From Akkermansia sp. (GTDB lineage: Bacteria > Verrucomicrobiota > Verrucomicrobiia > Verrucomicrobiales > Akkermansiaceae), in assembly GCF_020860705.1 (NCBI RefSeq), contig NZ_JAJBTT010000044.1, positions 9,204-73,203 on the forward strand: a stretch of DNA of 64,000 nucleotides. Reading direction: 5' to 3'. The position numbers and the translations under genes are program-made. Positions 27,938 through 37,081 of the stretch are shown here, piece after piece (position 1 is the stretch's first letter; each line of letters begins with the position of its first letter). Under the pieces are notes generated by a model, which saw only the letters and a program-made list of their open reading frames with translations, was not told the origin of the DNA and searched no databases.

Positions 27938-28903
27938 ATGATGAGAGCACCGAACCAGGACAGGAACTCTTCCGGAAGCAAGGTGGGCATCCTGCTGCAG
28001 CGTTCGTTCAGCACGGTGGTGCTGCTGGGTTTGCTGGCCGCCGCCCTGTGGTGGAACAGTGAAGCGGGGTATTACGGCCTGGTTTGCGTTTTTTGTATTC
28101 TGTCCGCCTGGGAATGGCGGCACATGCTGCGGCGCTCCAGAAAGGCCTCCCAGCCGAATTTGAGCTTTTTGTTCGGCGCGGCGTATCCGGTGGTGCTGTC
28201 CCTGGCGTGCTGCATGACCAAGTTCCGGGAAACCGCTCCCACGCAGGAAACGCCGTTCCTGATTCCTTTCCCCCTTCTGCTGGCCCTTGCCGCTCCCGTT
28301 CTTCTGGTGATCGTGTCCTTCATCCGGGAGATGAAGAATCCGGTGGTGGGGAGCCGTGCCCTCCGTTCCGTGGGGACCACGCTGCTCTCCTTTATTTACC
28401 CCGGCTGGCTGTTCGCTTTTTCCATCCTGGCCCTGCATCTGGCTTATATGAAGGAGGGTTCTGTTCATCCGGCCGTCGTCATGTGCGTGCTGTGGGTCAT
28501 TCTGGTGACGAAGATGGCTGACATTTTTGCCTATGTCAGCGGGTTCCTGCTGGGAGGGCGCCTTTTTTCCCGCAAGCTCATTCCCCACATCAGCCCCAAG
28601 AAAACGTGGGAAGGAATCCTCGGGTCCTGGGTATTGACGAATGCGGCGGCCATCGGACTGATTTTCCCGATGTTCGGCGTGTCCGTCCTGTCCATGCCCC
28701 AGATACTGGTGCTGGTGGGCTGCATCTCCTTCATTTTCCTACTGTCCGTTTACGGGGACCTGGCGGGTTCCCTGGTCAAGCGCAGCCTGGATGTCAAGGA
28801 TTCCGGCGCCCTGCTGCCGGGAATAGGCGGCATTTTTGATCTGATTGACAGCCCTTCCTTTACGGTGCCGTTCTTATGGTTTCTCCTGGCCTTCATCGGC
28901 TGA
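27938..28903 (+). CDS. cdsA: Phosphatidate cytidylyltransferase
   Basis: Polytopic membrane protein with SPKKTWEGILGS and GDLAGSLVKRSLDVKDSGALLPGIGGIFDLIDS signature. Start uncertain (ORF opens at 27878). Confidence 0.85.
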   Translation: MMRAPNQDRNSSGSKVGILLQRSFSTVVLLGLLAAALWWNSEAGYYGLVCVFCILSAWEWRHMLRRSRKASQPNLSFLFGAAYPVVLSLACCMTKFRETAPTQETPFLIPFPLLLALAAPVLLVIVSFIREMKNPVVGSRALRSVGTTLLSFIYPGWLFAFSILALHLAYMKEGSVHPAVVMCVLWVILVTKMADIFAYVSGFLLGGRLFSRKLIPHISPKKTWEGILGSWVLTNAAAIGLIFPMFGVSVLSMPQILVLVGCISFIFLLSVYGDLAGSLVKRSLDVKDSGALLPGIGGIFDLIDSPSFTVPFLWFLLAFIG

Positions 28904-28918
28904 ACCTTCCGGGCGTGA

Positions 28919-31528
28919 ATGGATTCCCCCTGTAAGACCGGTATGGTTTCCCCCTCCCTGCCCATTGAGGAAATCCGCGGAGCATTGCTGGATGCGCTCC
29001 AGGGCGTTTCTCCGCGCATTCTGCTGAAAGCTCCTACGGGTTCCGGCAAATCCACCGGCGTTCCTCCCATGATGGATGACGCCGGGCTGGGGGAGCGCGG
29101 TCTCATCGTCGTCGTTCAGCCCCGCCGGATGGCCGCGCGCCTGCTGGCGCGCCATGTGGCCCGTTTGCGCGGAGCGGAGCTGGGGAAGGAAGTAGGGTAT
29201 GTGGTGCGCTTTGAACGGCACATTTCCTCCCGCACCCGCATTGCCTATGTGACGGACGGCGTGCTGGAGCGCTGGCTGACGGAACGGCCCGCCCTGGACG
29301 GGGTGAGCGCCGTGGTGTTTGATGAATTCCATGAACGGAGCCTCTCCGGGGATTTGTCCCTGGGGCGCGTGCTGGATTTGCAGGAAGGGCCTCGCCGGGA
29401 TTTGGCTGTCGTGGTGATGTCCGCCACGCTGGAAATATCCGGCCTGCGGGAATACATGGGGGACTGCTGCCGGGTGCTGGAGGCGCACGGAAGGCAATAT
29501 CCCGTGGAAACCGTTTACCGGGCTCCCCGGCTGGTCAGCGACGGCCGCGGCAGGGTGGCCCCCCCTCCCGTGTGGGAGCAGGCGGCGGACGTGGTGCGGG
29601 AGGCGGTGAAGGAAGAAGACTGCGGGGACGTGCTGGTTTTCATGCCGGGCGTGTATGAAATCCGGAAAACGGCAGAATTGCTGGCGGGCAGGCCGTGGAT
29701 GAAGGGCAGGGACGTTTTCCCCCTTTACGGGGCCCTGAGCGCGGAACAGCAGAACAGCGCCGTGGAGCAGGGGGAGGTTCCCCGCGTGATCGTCTCCACC
29801 AATGTGGCGGAAACCTCCCTGACGATTGAGGGCGTGCGCACCGTGGTTGATTCCGGATTGGTGCGCCGGTCCGGCTGGGATCCGTACCGGGGCATGGATA
29901 CGCTGCACTTGGCGAAGATTTCCAAGGCTTCCGCCGCCCAGCGCGCGGGCCGTGCCGGGCGCGTGGCTCCGGGCCGCTGCTTCCGGCTGTGGAGCGAGGC
30001 GGAACAGGCCCGGAAAGCGGATTTTGACCCGCCCGAATGTTTCCGGGTGGACCTGGCCGGGGCCGTGTTGAACCTGGCCGCATGGGGCGTCACCGCGCCG
30101 GAGGAATTCCGCTGGCTGGATACGCCGGATGCCCTGGTGATGCAGCGGGCCGTGCACCTGCTGTCCGCCCTGGGCGCTACGAATGAGGACGGAAGCCTGA
30201 CGGAGGTGGGAAGAAGGATGACGGCTTTTCCCCTGCCGCCCCGGCTGGCGCGCCTGATCGTGGCCGGGCAGGATGAACAATGTGTGGTGGAGCTGGCCGC
30301 CATTGCGGCCCTGATGCAGGGGGAGGGCGTGGCGATGAAGGGCGGATTGAACGATGACTTGCGGGATTCCTCCGATTATACGGATTTCCAGGCGGAGTGG
30401 CGCGCGGTGGAAAAGGCTGTGGACGCTGGGTTTGATGCCGGGACGTGCACCCGCTGGGGCGTTTCCGCCCGCGGGGCGCGGGAGGTGTGGATGGCGTACC
30501 GTCAGCTTTTGTCCATCGGCAGCCGTGGAAAGTTCCGGGACGTGCCGGAGCCTGATTTTACGGCGGCGCGGCCTGCCGTGGTCCGGGCGATGATTGAGAG
30601 CTTTGCGGACCATGTGGGCGTCCGGAACGGCGTGGCCGTCAATACGTGCCGCATGGGCGGCGGCGTGGGCGGCAGGCTGGCGGAGGGCAGCGTGGTTTTC
30701 CACGGAGAGCATTTTGTGGCTGCGGAAGTGGCGGAACTGTCCGGAAAAGCGGTGGAAACCCGCGTGGGCCGCTGCACGCTCATGGAGCCGGAGGAGCTGC
30801 GCGCCGTCTGGCCGGAACGTTTTTCCGGAGGAGAGGAGGCCGTTTTTGACGCCGTGCTGCGCCGCGTGCGGTTGCGCCGGAGGCTGATGTACGGAGACCT
30901 GGTGCTGGAAGACCGGGACCGCGGGGACGCCCCTCCGGAACTGGCCGCGCCCATTCTGGCGGAGAAGGTGGTGGACGGAACCCTGAAGCTGGTGAAATGG
31001 GATGATGCCGTGGAGCAGTGGATACGCCGCTTGAACGGCCTGAGCGTCTGGATGCCGGAACTGGAGCTGCCCCGCTTTTCCGGGGAAGACAAGCTGGTGG
31101 CCGTCTCCCTGGTCTGTGAAGGGGCCGTGGGCTATAAGGACATCAAGGAACGGGAGATTCTTCCCGTGCTCCGGGACTGGCTTTCCGGCTGGCAGGCGAA
31201 GGCGCTGGACGACTACGCTCCGGTAAGCATCACGCTGCTCAACGGACAGCACGCCAAAGTCAGGTACGGGGAGGATTCCACGCCGGTGATCGCTCTGACG
31301 GTGCAGAGGCTGTTCGGCGTGGCGGAATCCCCGCGCATTGCCGGCGGGGCCGCGACCGTGAAGGTGGAAGTGCTGGCCCCCAGCCAGAGGCCGTGGCAGG
31401 TGACGGCCTCTCTGGAAAGCTTCTGGCGGAACGGCTACGGGCAGATGAAAAAAGAGCTGGCGGGGCGTTATCCCCGGCACCGCTGGCCCGATCCTGCGGA
31501 GCTGGATTTCCTCCCCCGTTCCCGTTGA
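28919..31528 (+). CDS. hrpB: ATP-dependent DEAH-box helicase HrpB
   Basis: LLKAPTGSGKST (Walker A), FDEFHERS (DEFH box), VSTNVAETSLTIEGV, QRAGRAGR, and a long HrpB-type C-terminal domain. Confidence 0.88.
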   Translation: MDSPCKTGMVSPSLPIEEIRGALLDALQGVSPRILLKAPTGSGKSTGVPPMMDDAGLGERGLIVVVQPRRMAARLLARHVARLRGAELGKEVGYVVRFERHISSRTRIAYVTDGVLERWLTERPALDGVSAVVFDEFHERSLSGDLSLGRVLDLQEGPRRDLAVVVMSATLEISGLREYMGDCCRVLEAHGRQYPVETVYRAPRLVSDGRGRVAPPPVWEQAADVVREAVKEEDCGDVLVFMPGVYEIRKTAELLAGRPWMKGRDVFPLYGALSAEQQNSAVEQGEVPRVIVSTNVAETSLTIEGVRTVVDSGLVRRSGWDPYRGMDTLHLAKISKASAAQRAGRAGRVAPGRCFRLWSEAEQARKADFDPPECFRVDLAGAVLNLAAWGVTAPEEFRWLDTPDALVMQRAVHLLSALGATNEDGSLTEVGRRMTAFPLPPRLARLIVAGQDEQCVVELAAIAALMQGEGVAMKGGLNDDLRDSSDYTDFQAEWRAVEKAVDAGFDAGTCTRWGVSARGAREVWMAYRQLLSIGSRGKFRDVPEPDFTAARPAVVRAMIESFADHVGVRNGVAVNTCRMGGGVGGRLAEGSVVFHGEHFVAAEVAELSGKAVETRVGRCTLMEPEELRAVWPERFSGGEEAVFDAVLRRVRLRRRLMYGDLVLEDRDRGDAPPELAAPILAEKVVDGTLKLVKWDDAVEQWIRRLNGLSVWMPELELPRFSGEDKLVAVSLVCEGAVGYKDIKEREILPVLRDWLSGWQAKALDDYAPVSITLLNGQHAKVRYGEDSTPVIALTVQRLFGVAESPRIAGGAATVKVEVLAPSQRPWQVTASLESFWRNGYGQMKKELAGRYPRHRWPDPAELDFLPRSR

Positions 31529-31642
31529 GGAGGCGAAAGGATTTTTCTGTAACAAAACAGTAGCAAAATCGTCCGTTTCCGTGTAAAGAGGCGGTGGTGC
31601 AGCTCGCGGACGCCCTCCGCCCACCATTCACAAGAGACAGTT

Positions 31643-33883
31643 ATGGACTCAATTTACTGGATTATTATCGTGGCCCTGCTGCTTCTGGCGGCATTTGACT
31701 TGATTAACGGCGTAGCGAATGACGCCGTCAACTTCCTTAACTCCGCCATCGGCTCCAAGGCCGCCCCCGTGAGGGTGATCCTGACCGTGGCTTCCATCGG
31801 CGTGCTGGTGGGCGCCTGCTTCTCCGGCGGCATGATGGAAGTGGCCCGCAACGGCATTTTCCACCCGAACATGTTCAGCTATCACGAGGTGATGCTGCTC
31901 TTCCTGGGGGTGATGATCAGCGAGGTGATACTCCTGGATACCTTCAATACGTTCGGTCTCCCCACGTCCACCACCGTTTCCCTGGTGTTCGGCATTCTGG
32001 GTTCCGCCGTAGCCACCGCCCTGTTCAAGATTTCCAAGCTCCACCTTGCGCAATCCGTGTGGGACTTCATCAATACGGACAAGGCGTTTGAGATCGTCAC
32101 CGGCATTCTTCTTTCTGTAGCCATCGCCTTCACGGTGGGCACCATCGTCATGTGGATTTCCCGCCTGGCGTTTACGTTTAAATACCAGGCCCGGTTCAAG
32201 TGGTTCGGCTGCTTCTGGTGCGGCATTGCCATGACCGCAGTGGCCTACTTTGCGGTGTTCAAGGGCTTGAAGGAGTCCACCCTGATGGATCCCCAGTTCA
32301 TCCAGTACATCGACCAGAATCTGGGCATGGCCCTTCTGGCGTCCTTCGGCGGCTTTTCCGTGCTCATGTTCCTGCTCCAGCACCTCTTCATGACGAACAT
32401 CCTGCGCCTGACCGTGCTGGCCGGCACCTTCTCCCTGGCCCTGGCCTTTGCGGGGAACGACCTGGTGAACTTCATCGGCGTGTTCATGGGGGGCCTGGAC
32501 TCCTTCCAGTATGCCAGCGGCGTAGTGGCTGCCGGCGGTTCCACATCATCCATCACTGCCATGGAATGCCTGATGCCCGGACAGGGCGCTCCGGTGAACC
32601 ATTACATCCTTTTTGCCGCGGGCTGCATGATGATCTTTGCGCTGTGGTTCTCCAAGAAGGCCAAGACGGTCATCGCCACCGGCGTGGAACTTTCCCGCCA
32701 GGGTGAAGGCGGCATTGAACGCTTCGGCTCCGTTCCCCCGGCCCGCGCCATCGTGCGCAGCGCCATCGCGCTGGGGCGCGGGGTGAAAAGACTTATTCCC
32801 GCCCGTATGCTGGTGCGCATGAACCACCAGTGGGATCCGGCCCCCCAGCCCCTGAATCCCAAGGACCGGGTGGCGTTTGACTTGATTCGCGCCACGGTGA
32901 ACCTGACGGTGGCCTCCCTGCTGATTGCATGGGCCACCGGCAAGCAGCTCCCCCTTTCCACCACGTATGTAACGTTCATGGTAGCCATGGGGTCTTCCCT
33001 GGCGGACAAGGCGTGGGGCAGGGAAAGCGCGGTTTACCGTGTGACCGGCGTGCTGACGGTGATTTCCGGCTGGTTCATGACCGGCCTGGCCGCCTTCACC
33101 CTGGCCGCCATCATGGCCACCGTGCTTCACTACGGGCAGGTGTATGCCATCTTCGGCCTTCTGGCCCTGGTGATCCTCATTCTGGTGAAATCCACCGTCA
33201 TGCACCGCAAGCGGGAGCACAAGCTTTCCGTGGAGCGTTTTGACCAGATCACGGAAGAAAACATTCTGGACGTGTGCAGCCACCAGATTGTGGACAGCAC
33301 GCTCAAGCTGCGGGAAATTTACAATGATACCGTGGAAAACTTCTTCCAGGGGGACCGGAAGTCTCTGAAGGAACTGGCGGATGCCGCGGAACGCCTGGCC
33401 CTCACCAGCAGCGAGCATCACAAATACGACATTCTTCCCATCTTGTACAAGATGCAGTCCCGTTCCCTGGACATGGGGTACCACTTTGTGCAGGCCCTGG
33501 AACATTTGAACGAAGCCACGCAGAGCCTGGCGCAGTTCTCCGAGTCCATCTTCACTTACGTGGACAACAACCATACGCCCTTCACCATTGACCAGGTGGA
33601 CGACCTGAAGGAGGTGCATGCGGCCCTGATCAAGCTGCTGGATGAATACTGCAAGATGCTCCAGACGGGAACGTACATCCAGTTTGATTATACGATGGTG
33701 TCCCAGGAACAGCTGCTTCAACTGGTGGCGAAGGCTACCAAGCGCCAGATCAAGCGAGCCCAGCGCAACCAGACCCGCACCCGTTCCTCCCTGCTTTATT
33801 TGAACATGCTGAATGAAATGAGGTTCATGGCCGTGCAGGTGCGGGCCCTGACTAATGACGAACGGAACTTTGTGGCGGCGTGA
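31643..33883 (+). CDS. Inorganic phosphate transporter, PiT (PHO4) family, with long C-terminal cytoplasmic domain
   Basis: GVANDAVNFLNSAIGSKA and a second GNDLVNFIGV motif (duplicated PiT signature). More than 10 TM segments, then ~230 aa helical tail. Confidence 0.8.
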   Translation: MDSIYWIIIVALLLLAAFDLINGVANDAVNFLNSAIGSKAAPVRVILTVASIGVLVGACFSGGMMEVARNGIFHPNMFSYHEVMLLFLGVMISEVILLDTFNTFGLPTSTTVSLVFGILGSAVATALFKISKLHLAQSVWDFINTDKAFEIVTGILLSVAIAFTVGTIVMWISRLAFTFKYQARFKWFGCFWCGIAMTAVAYFAVFKGLKESTLMDPQFIQYIDQNLGMALLASFGGFSVLMFLLQHLFMTNILRLTVLAGTFSLALAFAGNDLVNFIGVFMGGLDSFQYASGVVAAGGSTSSITAMECLMPGQGAPVNHYILFAAGCMMIFALWFSKKAKTVIATGVELSRQGEGGIERFGSVPPARAIVRSAIALGRGVKRLIPARMLVRMNHQWDPAPQPLNPKDRVAFDLIRATVNLTVASLLIAWATGKQLPLSTTYVTFMVAMGSSLADKAWGRESAVYRVTGVLTVISGWFMTGLAAFTLAAIMATVLHYGQVYAIFGLLALVILILVKSTVMHRKREHKLSVERFDQITEENILDVCSHQIVDSTLKLREIYNDTVENFFQGDRKSLKELADAAERLALTSSEHHKYDILPILYKMQSRSLDMGYHFVQALEHLNEATQSLAQFSESIFTYVDNNHTPFTIDQVDDLKEVHAALIKLLDEYCKMLQTGTYIQFDYTMVSQEQLLQLVAKATKRQIKRAQRNQTRTRSSLLYLNMLNEMRFMAVQVRALTNDERNFVAA

Positions 33884-34004
33884 TGCTGCGAAAATCCGGA
33901 ATTGCTGCATGTAAAATCAGAAAAAATACGGAACGTTCGATCATGGAAGGAAAAGAGCCTCTGGATCAATGGTAATGTTATTGATTTTCAAGTAGTTCAT
34001 TGGA

Positions 34005-34035
34005 GCGGTTGCGGAGATGTCCGCAGCCGCTTTTT
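34005..34035 (+). terminator. Rho-independent terminator downstream of the PiT gene
   Basis: gcggttgcgga / tccgcagccgc stem (one G:U), loop gatg, then TTTTTC. Confidence 0.65.
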
Positions 34036-34209
34036 CGTGCCCCGCGGAGGCGTTCCGGACTTTGTGTCATACAAATGAAAAGATATTTGAACGTATTTCC
34101 CGGAAGGGTGTCTCACCCATAACGGTTATGATCCGGATGCAGTGAAAGAGAGAGCACTTCATCCACTTAAGGACTCAACCGTCTTCATAGGTAGTTAGTT
34201 GAACAGCAG

Positions 34210-34240
34210 CCCCGGCGAAGGGATTCGCCGGGGTTTGTTC
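34210..34240 (+). terminator. Second terminator-like hairpin in the 33884-34362 intergenic region
   Basis: ccccggcgaa / ttcgccgggg perfect 10-bp stem, loop ggga, then tttgttcg. Confidence 0.5.
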
Positions 34241-34362
34241 GTCTCCGGATGATGCGTGTTGCACCGTAAATGGCTGGAAGGAAGAGGGAAAGGAAGATTG
34301 TTTGATGTTTTGCCGCGGGGTTTGATTGACGAGTAGGGCGTGTCAGGGCATAGTGGCAGCGT

Positions 34363-35664
34363 ATGAAGAGAGCGTTTTGCGTGATAGCCGGTGCATGCAG
34401 CCTGCTTGGATGGGCTCCGGCGGACGAGGCCGGCATGAAGAATGTGCTGGCGGACTGGCACATGAGGCAGTCCGACTGGGAATCTGCATTCAAAACGGCT
34501 GAAAGCGATGAAAAAAGAGCGGACCTGATGAAAAGCCGTCCGGACGCCGTTCCGGTGGCGCGGGAATTGTGGAGGCAGGTAGGGCGTGATCTTCAACGGT
34601 CCGAGACCCAAAAACCTTATCTTCTCCCGGCTGTGGTCTGGTTTCTGGATCATCCGCAGGCCGTAGCGCAGGCGTTCCCACAGGGGGACACCGCCAGAAA
34701 AGTAGTCGTGCTTTGCCTGGACTCCCTGGAAAACACCCTGTTCCGGGAACAAGGGGCCGGAAAGGCGGCGTATGCGCTGAGCAACTCCCGTGACCTGCGC
34801 TGCCGCGTTATTCTGGAACAGATCAAGGATTACAACCCGTTCCAGGAAGACCAGGGGCTGGCAGCCCTGGGACTCTCCATAGTGATGAAGGAAACGACGG
34901 GAATGCTTCAGGATGACATCAGGCTGGTGGCTGCCCGCGGAAAACTGCTGAAAGACGCCATCATCAAATGCTATGATTCCAATTTCGGTCCCGTTCCGGT
35001 CCAGAAGCTGGTGAAGGAGGAACTGTATGAAATACGCAACCTCAACATCGGGCAGACCGGGCCCAAGATCATTCTGCCTTCCTCTGCTACGGGGGAAGAA
35101 GTAACGCTCCCCACCGGTGACAAGCCCGTTCTGGTGGTCTTCTGGGATCCGGGGGATGTGCGTTCCGTCCAGTTTCTGGAAAAGGCCGCTTCCCTCCGGA
35201 AGGAATTTCCGGGCCTGATGGTGATGCCGGTGGCCCCGGGAAGCAGTGAGAACGTGAAAAGGGCTCTCTTGAACTTGAAGAAGGATATTCCTTCCCTGGT
35301 GGATGAAAAAGCGGTAGCGTTCAAGGATTACCGCGTGATGATCACGCCGCGGGTGTACCTCCTGGACCCCAAGGGGAAAATCCTGATGCGCGGTGCACCG
35401 GACATGCTGTTTGACGCGCACCTGTACGCGGTCATGGGCAAGCTGGAAGGGAAGAAGAATGGAAAGCCGGACGGGGAAAAAGCTCCCGCTGCGCCTTCCG
35501 CCGCCCGGCCGGAGCCGCTGCCGGCCAGGATCAATTCCCCGGATACGCGCGTTCCGGTGGTTCCGGCTCCTGCCGTTCCCCGGCGCGCCGCTCCCCCTGT
35601 TTCTTCCGGTGCGGAAAAGTCTTCCACCCTTTCCGCTCCTCCCCTGCGGCCCATGCCTGAATAG
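34363..35664 (+). CDS. Secreted TlpA/redoxin-like thioredoxin-fold protein lacking the CxxC active site, Pro-rich tail
   Basis: KPVLVVFWDPGDVRSVQFLEKAASLRKEF...ITPRVYLLDPKGKILMRG aligns with the TlpA/ResA pattern, but WCxxC is WDPGD (35143-35157). Confidence 0.6.
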   Translation: MKRAFCVIAGACSLLGWAPADEAGMKNVLADWHMRQSDWESAFKTAESDEKRADLMKSRPDAVPVARELWRQVGRDLQRSETQKPYLLPAVVWFLDHPQAVAQAFPQGDTARKVVVLCLDSLENTLFREQGAGKAAYALSNSRDLRCRVILEQIKDYNPFQEDQGLAALGLSIVMKETTGMLQDDIRLVAARGKLLKDAIIKCYDSNFGPVPVQKLVKEELYEIRNLNIGQTGPKIILPSSATGEEVTLPTGDKPVLVVFWDPGDVRSVQFLEKAASLRKEFPGLMVMPVAPGSSENVKRALLNLKKDIPSLVDEKAVAFKDYRVMITPRVYLLDPKGKILMRGAPDMLFDAHLYAVMGKLEGKKNGKPDGEKAPAAPSAARPEPLPARINSPDTRVPVVPAPAVPRRAAPPVSSGAEKSSTLSAPPLRPMPE

Positions 35665-35672
35665 AGTGTCTC

Positions 35673-37055
35673 ATGGAGAATCTTCCGTTGAGAAAAGCTG
35701 CGGAGGCTGTGGCGCGCGCGCTGGCCGGAGCAGGGCATACGGTATACTTTGTAGGGGGCTGTGTCCGGGACCGGCTGCTGGGGTATCCCGTGAAGGACAT
35801 TGACATCGCTACGTCCGCCCGTCCGGAGGAAGTGCTGCGCCTGTTTCCGGATTCCTGGGAAGTGGGTGCCGCCTTCGGCGTGGTGCTGGTCCGCCATGAC
35901 GGTTTTTCCTTTGAAGTGGCTACATTCCGCAGGGATGGCTGCTACAGGGACGGAAGGCGTCCGGAATCCGTTTGTTTTACGGACGCGGAGGAAGACGCGC
36001 GGCGCCGTGATTTTACCATGAACGGCCTGTTTGAAGATCCTTTTTCCGTTCCTCCGGGCCGTGTGGTGGATTATGTGGGCGGCGTGGCGGACATTCAGGC
36101 CGGCGTGCTGAGGTGCATCGGGGATCCGGATCTGCGTTTTGAAGAGGATTCCCTCCGTCTGATGCGCGCCGTCCGTTTCGCCGTGACCAGGGAAGTGCAG
36201 GTGGAGGCGGAAACCTTCTCTGCCCTTTGCAGGAACGCCCCCCTGCTGGCGCGCATTGCGCCGGAGCGCATCCGTGAGGAACTGGACAGGATTCTACTGT
36301 CTCCCGAAAGGAAAAGAGGCGTGGAAATGCTGGTGGAAACAGGGCTGATGAAGCATGTCATTCCGGAAATGTACGGCATGATCGGCTGCACGCAGCCGCC
36401 GCAGTGGCATCCGGAGGGGGATGTGTACACCCACACGCTGATGATGCTGGATGCGCTGGGGAAGGACGGGGCCGCCGTGTCTCTGGAACTGGCCCTGGGC
36501 GTGCTGCTGCATGACATCGGGAAACCCTCCTGCCGCCAGGTGGATGAAACGGGCCGCATCCGTTTCTCCGGCCATGACAAGGAAGGCTGCGTCATCGCCC
36601 GGGATATTTTAAGAAGGTTGAAGTATTCTAATGCCGTGGTGGATACGGTGTGCGCCATGGTGGAGCGCCACATGCGTTTCATGAACGTGCGGCAGATGAA
36701 GAAGTCCACCCTGCGGATGTTCATGAGCGCCCCCCGTTTCCGGGATGAACTGGAGCTTCACCGTCTGGACTGCCTTTCCTCCAATGGATTGATGGACAAT
36801 TGGCAATTTGTCAGGGACGCCATGGATTCCTACCGTGACGCCCCTCTCGTGCCCCCCCCTCTGGTGACCGGGCGTGATCTGGTGGATCTGGGGCTTTCGC
36901 CGGGACCTGACTTCGGGAAATGGCTGTCCTGCTTGAAGGAGCTTCAGCTGGAAGGAACGCTCCGCACCAGAAAGGAAGCCCTGCTGATGCTGGGGCAAAT
37001 TGCCCCGGTGAACCAGAATACACTTGCAGAATACCTGGAAAAGTTATCATTATAG
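35673..37055 (+). CDS. cca: CCA-adding tRNA nucleotidyltransferase with HD domain
   Basis: VYFVGGCVRDRLLGYPVKDIDIATSARPEEV, RRDFTMNGL, and HD motif LLHDIGKP. Confidence 0.88.
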   Translation: MENLPLRKAAEAVARALAGAGHTVYFVGGCVRDRLLGYPVKDIDIATSARPEEVLRLFPDSWEVGAAFGVVLVRHDGFSFEVATFRRDGCYRDGRRPESVCFTDAEEDARRRDFTMNGLFEDPFSVPPGRVVDYVGGVADIQAGVLRCIGDPDLRFEEDSLRLMRAVRFAVTREVQVEAETFSALCRNAPLLARIAPERIREELDRILLSPERKRGVEMLVETGLMKHVIPEMYGMIGCTQPPQWHPEGDVYTHTLMMLDALGKDGAAVSLELALGVLLHDIGKPSCRQVDETGRIRFSGHDKEGCVIARDILRRLKYSNAVVDTVCAMVERHMRFMNVRQMKKSTLRMFMSAPRFRDELELHRLDCLSSNGLMDNWQFVRDAMDSYRDAPLVPPPLVTGRDLVDLGLSPGPDFGKWLSCLKELQLEGTLRTRKEALLMLGQIAPVNQNTLAEYLEKLSL

Positions 37056-37081
37056 TCTGCAAGACTTCATCCTTTCAGTTC

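Noticed and set aside
28874-31627. Very long ORFs antisense to or overlapping recognised genes. Examples: 28874-31627 (-), 16667-18913 (-), 24828-27332 (+), 9122-11281 (+), 38012-39961 (-), 47715-49496 (+), 52254-53966 (-), 59457-61154 (+), 61265-62749 (-), 23264-24967 (+).
   Set aside because: Each mirrors a confidently identified gene on the other strand. Their translations are Arg/Gly/His/Pro/Ala-rich low-complexity strings without motifs. This is the usual stop-codon-poor antisense frame of GC-rich coding DNA.
34129-34138. tgatccggat, preceded by the gggtg...caccc hairpin, recalls part of the TPP riboswitch core.
   Set aside because: The CUGAGA element and the P3 and J2-4 regions are missing. 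The downstream gene is not thiamine-related.
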